Shown here one piece after another: positions 19,147 to 28,956 of a DNA stretch of 64,000 nt. A model generated the notes under the pieces. That model saw only the letters and a list, made by a program, of their open reading frames with translations. It was not told the DNA's origin and did no database searches. Source of the stretch: Cellulosilyticaceae bacterium (lineage in GTDB: Bacteria > Bacillota > Clostridia > Lachnospirales > Cellulosilyticaceae); assembly GCA_036655715.1 (NCBI GenBank), contig JAVVPO010000004.1, forward strand, positions 2,660 to 66,659. Direction: 5' to 3'. Position numbers and translations under genes: made by a program. Positions within the stretch are counted from its first letter, which is position 1; every line of letters starts with the position of its first letter.

Positions 19147-20802
19147 ATGCATCCTATTATTCATACCAAGTTATTAACATCTCTTGAAAAAGTCTTTCCT
19201 CACATTTGCCCAAAAGGTACCTTCACTCATATGCCTTCTATCTTTAAAAATGAAGCTTTTTCTTTTCAAGTAGCTTACACCAGTGAATCAGGGAATTTCG
19301 GTGACTACCCCGTACTTTCTATAGATATAGAGTCTCCTCTTAAAGATTTTATCTCTATTAAGTCTGTAGGTCTTGTTCCTTCTGAGCTTCCTGCACCCTT
19401 TCATTGTGATGATGATTATCTTTGTACTACTCCAGGCCTATTCCCAGATCCTCTTCTTCCTCTAGAGTCCCTAAAAGTAAAAGTTCTACCCCTTCAGTGG
19501 CGTGCGCTTTGGATAGAATTAAAATCTACAACAGATTTACCACCTGGTACTCATCCTATTTCTATCTACTTCAAAAATAAAGAAAATGAAGTTGTTGCCT
19601 CTGAGACACTTGTCTTTAAAATTATAGATGCTTATCTACCGAAACAAAGATTAATCCATACGGAATGGTTTCACGTAGATTGTCTTAGTAACTTCTACAC
19701 TACTAAAGTTTTCTCTGAAAAACATTGGGAGCTCATAGAAAACTTCCTACATACTGCAAGTTCACATGGTATGAATATGATTCTAACACCTTTATTCACA
19801 CCACCTCTTGATACAGAAATAGGTGGGGAACGCCCTACCGTACAACTTATAGATGTCTCTATTCAAGATGGTAGCTATGCCTTTAGCTTTGATAAATTAG
19901 ATAGATGGATTACAACTTGCCAAAGGGTTGGCATTGAATACTTCGAGATGTCTCACCTCTTTACTCAGTGGGGTGCTACTTCTATACCAAAGATTATGGC
20001 TACCGTAGAGGGTACTTACCAAAAACTATTTGGCTGGGGAGATTCAGCCCTTGATCCTCGCTATAAATCATTCCTAGAAGACTTCCTACCACAACTTGTC
20101 ACTTTCATCACATCTCGTGGTATTCGCAGCTGCTGTTACTTCCACATCTCTGATGAACCTAGCCTCACACAAGTGGATACGTACAAAAAAGCTAAAGCTT
20201 TAGTTAAAGATATACTTCAAGACTTCCCTATTATAGATGCTCTTTCAAATATAGAGTTCTACAAAAGCTCTGCTATTGATCTCCCTATTCCATCTAATGA
20301 CCATATCGGAGCTTTCATTGATGCTGATGTACCAAATCTATGGACCTACTACTGCTGTGCCCAATACAAAAAGGTAAGCAACCGTTTTATGTCTATGCCA
20401 AGCTACCGTAATCGCATTATTGCTACTCAGCTTTTCAAATACGATATAGCTGGCTTCTTACACTGGGGATACAACTTCTGGAATACACAATTTTCTAAAA
20501 AGGCCATTGATCCTTTCAAAATCACAGATGCTGGCCAGGCCTTTCCATCTGGCGATGCCTTTTTAGTTTACCCAGGAAATAATGAGGCTATAGAATCCAT
20601 CCGCCTCAAGGTTTTTGCTGAAGCTCTCTATGATTTACGTGCTATGGATTTACTAGCAACCCTCACTTCCAAAGAATACGTTATGAACCTTATAGAAGGC
20701 GACTTACTAGAACCTATCACATTTAATCAATATCCAAAATCACAGGATTATATCCTAAATTTAAGATTTGTAATCAATGAACATATTATCAAACACCTTT
20801 AA
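19147..20802 (+). CDS. DUF4091 domain protein (glycoside-hydrolase-like TIM barrel of unknown specificity)
   Basis: 551 aa with SD GGAGG and no signal peptide. Blocks FHISDEP and GFLHWGYNFW match my recollection of DUF4091 proteins. The call is by eye only. Confidence 0.5.
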   Translation: MHPIIHTKLLTSLEKVFPHICPKGTFTHMPSIFKNEAFSFQVAYTSESGNFGDYPVLSIDIESPLKDFISIKSVGLVPSELPAPFHCDDDYLCTTPGLFPDPLLPLESLKVKVLPLQWRALWIELKSTTDLPPGTHPISIYFKNKENEVVASETLVFKIIDAYLPKQRLIHTEWFHVDCLSNFYTTKVFSEKHWELIENFLHTASSHGMNMILTPLFTPPLDTEIGGERPTVQLIDVSIQDGSYAFSFDKLDRWITTCQRVGIEYFEMSHLFTQWGATSIPKIMATVEGTYQKLFGWGDSALDPRYKSFLEDFLPQLVTFITSRGIRSCCYFHISDEPSLTQVDTYKKAKALVKDILQDFPIIDALSNIEFYKSSAIDLPIPSNDHIGAFIDADVPNLWTYYCCAQYKKVSNRFMSMPSYRNRIIATQLFKYDIAGFLHWGYNFWNTQFSKKAIDPFKITDAGQAFPSGDAFLVYPGNNEAIESIRLKVFAEALYDLRAMDLLATLTSKEYVMNLIEGDLLEPITFNQYPKSQDYILNLRFVINEHIIKHL

Positions 20803-20830
20803 AGCTATTTTTCACTAAACCTTTTCATAC

Positions 20831-20868
20831 AAAAAGCAGGGTGCCCATCTTAGGCTCCCTGCTTTTTA
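20831..20868. terminator. Bidirectional terminator between convergent genes
   Basis: aaaaagcaggg (stem 20835-20841) ... ccctgcttttt (stem 20857-20863), with an A-run on one side and a T-run on the other. Confidence 0.8.
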
Positions 20869-20900
20869 ATCATAATAGCTATTTCATTTATAATAATAAT

Positions 20901-21635
20901 TTATAAGTCCTTAAACACCATCTTACTTGTAAAGTATATTATTTTTCCATCAAGGCTTGTTCCTTGAACAAGTGTATGACCTTCTTCATCTAAGCCTCTG
21001 ATCATAGTTACTTCATCCCCCTCTACTATAGAGGTTACATAGTTAGTCTGTATACTTTGCACTTCTTTTTGCACATGCTCCTTCGCTGTCATCATATCCA
21101 CAGCCCATCTTACATAATGTGCATTATTCATATGTCCATTGACATCTATTTCACTATATCTCGCCTTACGTATATCTTGTAAGGTAATAGTTACAGGTGC
21201 CTTAAGTTTAGGTAATACCTCTCCTTCATAGGGATAGCATAGCTTTTCAAAGTTACCTTTTAAGCCACTTGGCCTAACAGGTCTATTAGTGCCAGTATCC
21301 ATCAAGATATAATCTCCTATGATATAACCTATAGCCTCATTTTGCTTATTGTAAATATCAAATCTCCTCACAGCAAAAAGCTTATCTATTCCTGCTGGAT
21401 AGGTTTTTATTGTTATTGTCTCTTCCCAATTCGGATACTCTTCTAAGTACATTTTTGCTCTTGATACAATCCAATAAACCTCTTTTTCTTGTCCAAAGAA
21501 GTTAAGTCCCAATTGGTTTGCATGTTCCCCACCTATTTCTTGCATATAGTCTACAAGTGAGCTCATTCTAAGCTTCATACTTCTATCTACATCTCTAAAA
21601 CCAATGTTAAATGATTTGGTATATTTCTCTATCAC
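20901..21635 (-). CDS. Acyl-ACP thioesterase family protein
   Basis: 244 aa with a GTG start and SD AGGAGG. It has a double hot-dog pattern: FRDVD....L....L..Y.QE, and the C-terminal half has YSEIDVNGHMNNAHYVRWAVD. Confidence 0.8.
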   Translation of the reverse strand: MIEKYTKSFNIGFRDVDRSMKLRMSSLVDYMQEIGGEHANQLGLNFFGQEKEVYWIVSRAKMYLEEYPNWEETITIKTYPAGIDKLFAVRRFDIYNKQNEAIGYIIGDYILMDTGTNRPVRPSGLKGNFEKLCYPYEGEVLPKLKAPVTITLQDIRKARYSEIDVNGHMNNAHYVRWAVDMMTAKEHVQKEVQSIQTNYVTSIVEGDEVTMIRGLDEEGHTLVQGTSLDGKIIYFTSKMVFKDL

Positions 21636-21660
21636 CTTTTTCCTCCTTTCTTATGTATTT

Positions 21661-21695
21661 AAAAACTGGATAGCCCTTCCCTTAGGCTACCCAGC
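21661..21695 (-). terminator. Terminator-like hairpin after the fucosidase gene
   Basis: On the minus strand CTGGGTAGCC-taagggaag-GGCTATCCAG followed by TTTTT. The 10-bp stem has one mismatch. Confidence 0.55.
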
Positions 21696-21704
21696 TTCTC
21701 ATCT

Positions 21705-23132
21705 TTAAATCTCTGAATCTGTAAAAATACCTACTTTTTTAAGTGTTGGCGCTACGCGGGATTCTAGTATTTTGAGAATCACCTGTTGTGTTTGCACTGT
21801 ATCAAACTTACAGATTCTACAAGACCCTACAGTTGTTCCAGTATAAACTTTCTTCATTTCTGAATCTTCTCTTATCCATACTTCAAAACTTTCAATACGT
21901 TGGCTTAAAGCAATCTGCTCTTCTAATACAACATGGTTAATAGGATATACTTTATCAAATGCAAAAGTTACATTCACAGATTCTACACCATCTGGTGTTT
22001 TAAAGTAACTTGGATCATCTACTTTAACACTTTCCACGCTATGTAATGTTTCTTCACTATCTACTGTTATATGTGCCTTAGTAATCATATCATTACTAAA
22101 TGTTTTTTCAATATACTTACCTATTTCCTCTAAACGCTTTACATCGTTTTCATGAATAAGCCCTCTTTTATCTGGTGGAATATTAAGTAAAAGTGTTGCA
22201 TTGCCACCTACTGAATTATAGTAGATATCTATAAGTTTTTCTAGGGGCTTTACAGCTTCATCTTCTTCCTTATGATAAAACCAGCCTGGTCTAATCGATG
22301 TATCTACCTCTGCTGGGTACCAAATAAGGTTATACTCTTTTTCTAATATCTCACGACTTCCTAAGTCTTGATCTTTGTGTTTAACCGTACGTTCTCTAAA
22401 TGCTTCATCATCTTGCTGCTGAGAATTTTCTGCTACATAATCAGGAATAGCCAGTCTACTTGGCACTACATTCCACTCTGACTCACGGCAATCTCCCGCT
22501 TCATTTCCACACCATCTTACATCTGGACCACAAATCGTAATAGCCGCTTCTGGCTGCAATTTACGAATATGCTCATAATATCTCTTCCAGTCATAAACTT
22601 GTTTTTTGCCATTTGGACCTTCGCCGCATGCACCATCAAACCATACACTAAATAATTCACCATAACTTGTGAGTAACTCTGTAAGTTGATCTATAAAGTA
22701 ATCATTATAGGCCTCTGAATCCCCATAACGCACATCATGTCTATCCCATGGTGAGAGATATACACCAAACTTCAAATCGTACTTTTTACAAGACTCTGAA
22801 AGCTCTCTAACAACATCCCCTTGCCCCTTTTTGTAAGGACTATTTTTAACACTATGCTCTGTATACGCACTTGGCCATAAGCAGAATCCATCATGATGTT
22901 TACAAGTTAATATAACAGCCTTAATCCCTGCTTTTTTAAGACTTACCACCCATTGATCTGTATCTAACTGAGTTGGATTAAAACATGCTGGATCCTCTGT
23001 TCCATATCCCCACTCACTATCATAGAAAGTATTTATACCAAAATGGATAAAAGAATAAAATTTTAATTCATGCCATTTAAGTTGTCTTGCAGAAGGCACT
23101 ACCCCTATTAGTCTTTGTGTTAATTGGCTCAC
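21705..23132 (-). CDS. Alpha-L-fucosidase, glycoside hydrolase family 29, with a C-terminal beta-sandwich domain
   Basis: 475 aa with a GTG start and SD AAGGAGA. Blocks LKFYSFIHFGINTF, KHHDGFCLWPS and VWFDGACGEG are present. There is no signal peptide. Confidence 0.85.
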   Translation of the reverse strand: MSQLTQRLIGVVPSARQLKWHELKFYSFIHFGINTFYDSEWGYGTEDPACFNPTQLDTDQWVVSLKKAGIKAVILTCKHHDGFCLWPSAYTEHSVKNSPYKKGQGDVVRELSESCKKYDLKFGVYLSPWDRHDVRYGDSEAYNDYFIDQLTELLTSYGELFSVWFDGACGEGPNGKKQVYDWKRYYEHIRKLQPEAAITICGPDVRWCGNEAGDCRESEWNVVPSRLAIPDYVAENSQQQDDEAFRERTVKHKDQDLGSREILEKEYNLIWYPAEVDTSIRPGWFYHKEEDEAVKPLEKLIDIYYNSVGGNATLLLNIPPDKRGLIHENDVKRLEEIGKYIEKTFSNDMITKAHITVDSEETLHSVESVKVDDPSYFKTPDGVESVNVTFAFDKVYPINHVVLEEQIALSQRIESFEVWIREDSEMKKVYTGTTVGSCRICKFDTVQTQQVILKILESRVAPTLKKVGIFTDSEI

Positions 23133-23215
23133 AAGTATTCTCCTTAGAATATAATATTTTGTTATAGCTTATTATAACTTATGGAGAATATATTTAAAAT
23201 AATAAATTATCTATA

Positions 23216-23992
23216 CTATTCTTTTTTTTGTGTCATTCCAACAAGTTTAGTTGTTAGGTGAATAGGTAGACTACTCATTCCCATTACTGCCATCTTATTA
23301 ATTGTACCTGGTACAATTATGCCTTTCCCCCTTAGCATACCTTTATAGGCAATTTCCGCTACTTCTTCTGCACTCATAGCTAACTTTTTGGTTAGATCTG
23401 TTTTTTGCATCTTAGCTGTTTCTTGAAAGGCTGTCTTAGTTGGTCCTGGACATAAAATACTTACTTGTATATTTTCTTTTTTTAGCTCTTCTCTAATCGC
23501 CATAGATAGAGAAAGGATATAAGATTTGGATGCATAGTATACAGACATATAAGGTCCTGGTGCAAAGGCAGCTGTTGAAGCCACTTGCAAGATAGTTCCT
23601 CCCTTTAAAATATGCTTTGTTATTACTTTCAGTAGGTAGGTAAACCCTCCTATATTAGTATCTATGATAGCCATGTCTTCACTTAATCCGACTTGATTAA
23701 ACCTGCCAAAACTCCCAATTCCTGCATTATTAACAAATATCTCTACACCAATTCCTTGTTCTTCTATCCATTTCCCTAATCTATCACTATCCATTCTACG
23801 TGATACATCCATTTGAAAGGAAATAACTTTTATATCATATTTCTTAAGTAAATCATCTTGTAAGTAGTCTAACTTCACCTTATTTCTTCCTATCAAAATA
23901 AGGTTATAACCTTCCCTCGCCAACTTATATACAAGCGCTTTGCCTATTCCACTTGTTGCTCCCGTAATAACGGAGTAAATCTTTGAATTCAT
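23216..23992 (-). CDS. Short-chain dehydrogenase/reductase (SDR) family oxidoreductase
   Basis: It has TGATSGIGKA (the cofactor-binding loop) and the catalytic motif YYASKSY. I prefer the ATG at 23992 (SD GGGGGAGG) over the TTG at 24010 used by the ORF track. Confidence 0.85.
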   Translation of the reverse strand: MNSKIYSVITGATSGIGKALVYKLAREGYNLILIGRNKVKLDYLQDDLLKKYDIKVISFQMDVSRRMDSDRLGKWIEEQGIGVEIFVNNAGIGSFGRFNQVGLSEDMAIIDTNIGGFTYLLKVITKHILKGGTILQVASTAAFAPGPYMSVYYASKSYILSLSMAIREELKKENIQVSILCPGPTKTAFQETAKMQKTDLTKKLAMSAEEVAEIAYKGMLRGKGIIVPGTINKMAVMGMSSLPIHLTTKLVGMTQKKE

Positions 23993-24016
23993 TTTATCCT
24001 CCCCCTTCAATACTCC

Positions 24017-25042
24017 CTATCTTACAAACATTGCATCTCCAAAACTAAAGAATCTATATTGCTCTTTAACCGCTTCATTATACGCTGCTAAAACAGGTTC
24101 TTTACCCGCTAAAGCACTTACTAACATAATCAGTGTAGATTCTGGTAAATGGAAATTAGTAATAAGTGCATCGATGCATTTAAACTTATAGCCTGGATAG
24201 ATAAAGATGTTTGTCCATCCACTTCCTGCTTTAATCTTACCCTCTTCATCTGCGTTAGACTCAAGTGTACGTGTACTTGTTGTCCCTACAGGAATAATTC
24301 TTCCACCCTTTGCTTTTACCCCATTGATGATGGCTGCATTTTCTTCATCTATCATATAAAATTCTGAATGCATCTCATGCGCCAATACATCCTCTACCTT
24401 AACAGGTCTAAAAGTTCCAAGCCCTACATGAAGTGTGACATATGCAATCTGAACACCTTTCCCCCTAATCTTATCTAGTAGTTCTGTTGTAAAGTGTAAC
24501 CCTGCAGTTGGCGCTGCTGCACTTCCATCATGTTTAGAATATACTGTCTGATAACGCTCTTTATCTTCTAATTTTTCATGGATATATGGTGGCAATGGCA
24601 TTTCACCTAATCTGTCTAAGGCTTCTTCAAACACGCCTTCATATTCAAATTCTACTACTCTTTTACCATCTTCTATAATTTCTTTAATAGTGGCGCTCAC
24701 AATACCTTCTCCAAATATAACTTTATCTCCAACTTTTGCTTTTTTTCCTGGTTTTACAAGCACTTCCCATCTATCTTTTTCTATGCGAGTAAGTAATAAG
24801 AACTCTACCTTCCCACCCGATCCTTCTCTAGCTCCAAATAATCTTGCTGGGATAACTCTTGTATTATTAAGAACCACACAATCTCCATCTTTTAGTTCTT
24901 CTATAATATCATAAAAATGTTTGTGCTGTATTTCACCTGTTTCTTTATTTAGGCACATAAGCCTTGAAGATGTTCTATCTTGAAGCGGTACCTGTGCTAT
25001 AAGCTCCTCCGGAAGATAAAAGTCAAAATCTGCTGTTCTCAT
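24017..25042 (-). CDS. queA: S-adenosylmethionine:tRNA ribosyltransferase-isomerase
   Basis: 341 aa. The N-terminus [18 protein letters not shown]...R..SRLM and full-length similarity to QueA support the call. Confidence 0.95.
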   Translation of the reverse strand: MRTADFDFYLPEELIAQVPLQDRTSSRLMCLNKETGEIQHKHFYDIIEELKDGDCVVLNNTRVIPARLFGAREGSGGKVEFLLLTRIEKDRWEVLVKPGKKAKVGDKVIFGEGIVSATIKEIIEDGKRVVEFEYEGVFEEALDRLGEMPLPPYIHEKLEDKERYQTVYSKHDGSAAAPTAGLHFTTELLDKIRGKGVQIAYVTLHVGLGTFRPVKVEDVLAHEMHSEFYMIDEENAAIINGVKAKGGRIIPVGTTSTRTLESNADEEGKIKAGSGWTNIFIYPGYKFKCIDALITNFHLPESTLIMLVSALAGKEPVLAAYNEAVKEQYRFFSFGDAMFVR

Positions 25043-25211
25043 ATTTTGTTCCTTTCTGAATAAAGTTGGTAAATCTATTATCTATCAACCTTAATTTTTC
25101 GTCATGTAATTTTTTCTTATTACTAAGCATGTTCATAAGCTATCTTTCATATTCTCTTGCCTATTATTAAATCATAAAAACATCTATTTGACAATAAAGT
25201 TACTCATATTA

Positions 25212-25264
25212 TTGACCAACTGGTTTGCTTATATTATAATTAAAACAAACTATCTGGTTTGCTT
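25212..25264 (+). promoter_or_regulatory. Sigma-A-type promoter with two copies of an 11-nt box (candidate TetR operators)
   Basis: TTGACC (25212-25217), 17 nt, then TATAAT (25235-25240). CTGGTTTGCTT occurs at 25220-25230, inside the spacer, and again at 25254-25264, just downstream. Confidence 0.55.
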
Positions 25265-25281
25265 TTCAAAGGAGAATGATA

Positions 25282-25902
25282 ATGAGACGACAAGAACAAA
25301 ATGAGAGTAGTAAAGAAAAGATTTTAAAAGCAGCACTTCAAGAGTTCGGTGAAAAAGGATATCACCTCGCTTCCACCAATTGTATTTGCAAGAATAACGA
25401 AATTTCTAAAGGCCTATTATTTCACTATTATAAAACTAAAGATGATTTGTTTTTAATCTGTGTTGAAACATGTTTTAATGCACTGAGCGATTATTTAACA
25501 CAACATCTAACATGTGAAATGCAAGATTTGAAAAAAGTTCTTAATCATTATTTCGAGATAAGATTTAATTTTTTTAAGCAATATCCTTTATATGAACAAA
25601 TTTTTTATACAGCGGTCATTGATACGCCTTTGCATCTCACACAGCAAATAGAAGTCCTCAGAATAGGACTCAATGAACTTAATAAAAATTTCTTAACAAA
25701 TCTCACTAATCAGTTAGAGATTAAACCCACTGTAAATATCAACCATGTGATTTCGCTTATTTATGAGATAAGTAACTATCTACATATGAAGTATAAGGGG
25801 GATTATTCAAATGACTTACAAAAAAAGCATGAGGTAATCATAACCCATAGTAAAGAGATACAAGAGATGATTATATTATTATTTTATGGCATTGTTAAAT
25901 AG
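25282..25902 (+). CDS. TetR/AcrR family transcriptional regulator
   Basis: The N-terminal HTH region is KEKILKAALQEFGEKGY...TNCICKNNEISKGLLFHYYKTKDDLF. The ATG at 25282 lies 7 nt after GGAG. The ORF-track ATG at 25276 is too close to the SD. Confidence 0.85.
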   Translation: MRRQEQNESSKEKILKAALQEFGEKGYHLASTNCICKNNEISKGLLFHYYKTKDDLFLICVETCFNALSDYLTQHLTCEMQDLKKVLNHYFEIRFNFFKQYPLYEQIFYTAVIDTPLHLTQQIEVLRIGLNELNKNFLTNLTNQLEIKPTVNINHVISLIYEISNYLHMKYKGDYSNDLQKKHEVIITHSKEIQEMIILLFYGIVK

Positions 25903-25917
25903 AAAGGAGCAATAAGT

Positions 25918-27183
25918 ATGCTAAAAGGATTATTATTATTGATTGTTTTTATAGGAATAGCTTTTATTGTAGGTAAACTTGTATCAAAGGCAAAACTGCC
26001 AGCTATATTAGGTTGGTTAATAACGGGGATGCTCATCGGCCCTTATGCTCTGGGCTGGCTTAATGAAGAGATTATGAATAGTTCATGGTTTCATATTATT
26101 GTTAATATAGGCGAAGTTTCTGTCGGATTATTAATAGGAACTGAGCTTATTTGGAAAGAGCTAAAGAAATCTGGAAAACAAATTATAACTATTTGTTTAT
26201 CAGAAGCCTTGGGAGCCTTTCTTGTCGTTACTTTAGTATTTAGTATAGTTTTTCTAATAACAGGTATCCCACTTTATCTTGCTTTTATTTTTGGAGCCAT
26301 TGCACTAGCTACAGCACCAGCACCTTCTATTTCAATTGTTAATGAGTATAAGACAAAAGGTCCTGTAACTAAAACACTTATTCCTCTAGCTGCTTTAGAT
26401 GATGTTGTCGCATTAGTTGTATTCTTTTTAGTCATTGGCATTGTAGCGGGCGTCATATCAGATGTTCAAATCCCTATATACTTTGCACCTCTCATGATTC
26501 TTATGCCTATTATCATCGGTGGCGCAACCGGATTTGTTTCTGGCCATATCTTAAAAAGAAATACGACAAAAAAAATAACTCTCCTCTGTACTTTAGGATG
26601 TATATTAGGCACTTCACTTATAGGTATACTCATTAATAATTATGCCTTACCAAAACCAGTCCTTAATCTCATGTTAGTAGGTGTTGCCTTTTCAGCAACC
26701 TTTGCCAATATGGTAAGCAAAGAAAGATTAGAAGCCATTATGGACTCTGCTATGCCTATGATTGGTATTTTTATGATTGTTGTTATTCTTAATTTAGGCG
26801 CACCATTAGATTATCATCTTATTCTAGGCGCAGGGGCATTCACTGTTATTTATATCATTACACGTGCTATAGGTAAAATAGGCGGATCTTATATAGGTGC
26901 TAGTATTTCTCATGCCCCACTTACAGTTAAGAAATATTTAGGACTCACTTTACTTCCCCATTCAGGAGTCTCTCTGATTTTCACAGGATTAGCTGTAAAT
27001 GTACTCATGGGTCCTGATCCTGAAAGTGCTACAATTATACAAGGCACTATTGCTGCTGCTGCAGTTATTAATGAAATAATCGCTGTATTCTTAGCAAAAC
27101 AAGGCTTTAAATTAGCTGGAGAATTAAATAGTGATGAAATAGCTATAACAGATACGACCGATACCACTCTATCAAATCAATAA
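25918..27183 (+). CDS. Cation:proton antiporter (Na+/H+ exchanger family) membrane protein
   Basis: 421 aa and polytopic, with about 11-12 hydrophobic spans. It is glycine-rich with CPA-like segments, has SD AAAGGAG, and starts 15 nt after the TetR stop. Confidence 0.7.
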   Translation: MLKGLLLLIVFIGIAFIVGKLVSKAKLPAILGWLITGMLIGPYALGWLNEEIMNSSWFHIIVNIGEVSVGLLIGTELIWKELKKSGKQIITICLSEALGAFLVVTLVFSIVFLITGIPLYLAFIFGAIALATAPAPSISIVNEYKTKGPVTKTLIPLAALDDVVALVVFFLVIGIVAGVISDVQIPIYFAPLMILMPIIIGGATGFVSGHILKRNTTKKITLLCTLGCILGTSLIGILINNYALPKPVLNLMLVGVAFSATFANMVSKERLEAIMDSAMPMIGIFMIVVILNLGAPLDYHLILGAGAFTVIYIITRAIGKIGGSYIGASISHAPLTVKKYLGLTLLPHSGVSLIFTGLAVNVLMGPDPESATIIQGTIAAAAVINEIIAVFLAKQGFKLAGELNSDEIAITDTTDTTLSNQ

Positions 27184-27243
27184 TCTCCACTCTAAACTTA
27201 TTCACTGCTTGGCTATACTTATCTCATTAAAATTTTGTTAATA

Positions 27244-27290
27244 AATAAGGTTGTGGAAAATCTACCCAGGATTCCCACAACCTTATTTAT
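27244..27290. terminator. Bidirectional terminator between convergent genes
   Basis: 13-bp perfect stem aataaggttgtgg (27244-27256) / ccacaaccttatt (27275-27287). Confidence 0.75.
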
Positions 27291-27305
27291 TTTGTATTTT
27301 TATTA

Positions 27306-28889
27306 CTACTCTATTTCTATACCCGTGTAATAGTATTCTAGTATTTCATCATAAGTATAACCTTCTTCAGCCATACCTCTTGCACCACTCTGAGACATCC
27401 CTACACCATGTCCAAATCCTTGTCCATATATCGTTACATCTCCATAAACCACATTTTGTTTACTTGATACTTCAGGTTTCATCCCTGGTTTTGTAGCTGT
27501 TGTTAACTCTATTATCTCGTTTGCGCTTTGTACTACGCTATTTTTCCCTAATTCTGCAATATCATTGACACTCATCACAAAAGCATCTTTAAGGTTAGAG
27601 TTTATAATATCATCACTACTCATTAGTGTAACTTCTTTTACAGTCGCTTCTACCTCATTACTAGTGTTATAATCTAAACTAAAATTAAACATACGGCTTT
27701 TCAGAGAACCTCCACTACTTCCACTAAAGAAAGTTCTTACATTTTCCCCAGTTAAGCTATAAGTTCCTGATGTTCCTAATATATTTAACTCACCCACTCT
27801 ACCACTTGATGTTCTAGATGCTATTTCTACGCCTTCTACTTTGCCAATCTTTGCACCTTTATTATCTGCACACTCTTGGATTTCTTTCAATGTGATAGTT
27901 CTAGTCCACGGCGCTGCTTCGGGCTTTGTCTCACCAGAGTCTGGCACCGCTACTAAATAAGGTACGTCATTGCCCCATACATCCTTGGCACTTTCTGTAT
28001 ACCCTCCACTCGTTGAGAAGTATAATGTTTCTGCTATTTTCCCATTATAAGTCGCAACAAACCCGCTTGTTTCGTCTACAGCCTGCGATGTTCTTGCATT
28101 TTCAATACTTACGCCTTTATACACCTGACTTGTTACTGTATCTACTAAGTTATATCCTTTTTTAATCTGTCTATTATATTGATAAATAGCCATAGACCTT
28201 GCTGCTACAGCTTGCGCTTTGAGTGCTTCTAGCGGCCAAGAAGGTACCATCTCTGCTGGTACTACACCATATAAGTAATCTTCCATATCTACTGTATTAA
28301 CTGCTGTTAATCCTTTAGACTGCCCATTCACCACACTTATAGCACCTCTATACCCTCTACTTCCTACTGTTGTTACTGGAAACCCATAATCAAAGTCTAT
28401 CCCTTGAAACTCTATAGCCACTTTATCATTTTCTGCAATTAAAACAAGTTCATTCTCATCATTATAAATTGCAATACGTTTGCCATTATCTAAAACAGCA
28501 AATACATCCTCACTATCTTCATCTATGTACACTCTATAGACGCCTGGCTGCTCATATACTGGTACCCCATTATATCTTTCAGCTTCCATTGTAGCCTCTT
28601 CTAAAGTATCAAATACTTCATCTAACTCATAATATTTACTGAATACTCTTTTTATAGTAATGGACTTACTTTCAAGCTGTCCATCTTCTCTAAATCTATT
28701 GCCTACGCTATATCCTATAAGTAGTTCATCATCACTGCTTATAACTATACTATCTGCATCTTTGTAAACTGACTCTAAACCAATTTTAATAGTCTCTGGT
28801 ACATCTACACTTGCAAAAACATTTAGCTGTAGTACACTTAACACCATAATCATTATAAATCCTATGTATTTTTTATAGCTCCGTCTCAA
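27306..28889 (-). CDS. SpoIID/LytB domain protein (stage II sporulation protein D-like)
   Basis: 527 aa with a TTG start, SD AAAGGAGG and an N-terminal signal or anchor. Blocks YLYGVVPAEM...ALKAQAVAARS, YFSTSGGYTE and GHGVGMSQSGARGMA are present. Confidence 0.85.
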   Translation of the reverse strand: MRRSYKKYIGFIMIMVLSVLQLNVFASVDVPETIKIGLESVYKDADSIVISSDDELLIGYSVGNRFREDGQLESKSITIKRVFSKYYELDEVFDTLEEATMEAERYNGVPVYEQPGVYRVYIDEDSEDVFAVLDNGKRIAIYNDENELVLIAENDKVAIEFQGIDFDYGFPVTTVGSRGYRGAISVVNGQSKGLTAVNTVDMEDYLYGVVPAEMVPSWPLEALKAQAVAARSMAIYQYNRQIKKGYNLVDTVTSQVYKGVSIENARTSQAVDETSGFVATYNGKIAETLYFSTSGGYTESAKDVWGNDVPYLVAVPDSGETKPEAAPWTRTITLKEIQECADNKGAKIGKVEGVEIASRTSSGRVGELNILGTSGTYSLTGENVRTFFSGSSGGSLKSRMFNFSLDYNTSNEVEATVKEVTLMSSDDIINSNLKDAFVMSVNDIAELGKNSVVQSANEIIELTTATKPGMKPEVSSKQNVVYGDVTIYGQGFGHGVGMSQSGARGMAEEGYTYDEILEYYYTGIEIE

Positions 28890-28956
28890 GCCCTTTCCTC
28901 CTTTGTATATACCTATCTATTCTAAGGTCTATTATATAAGGATATCTACCAAAAAT

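Noticed and set aside
23161-23178. Palindrome GTTATA-N6-TATAAC between the SDR and fucosidase genes as an operator or terminator
   Set aside because: The six-bp arms are almost entirely A/T, so such matches are expected by chance in intergenic DNA this AT-rich. No U-run or second copy supports a function.
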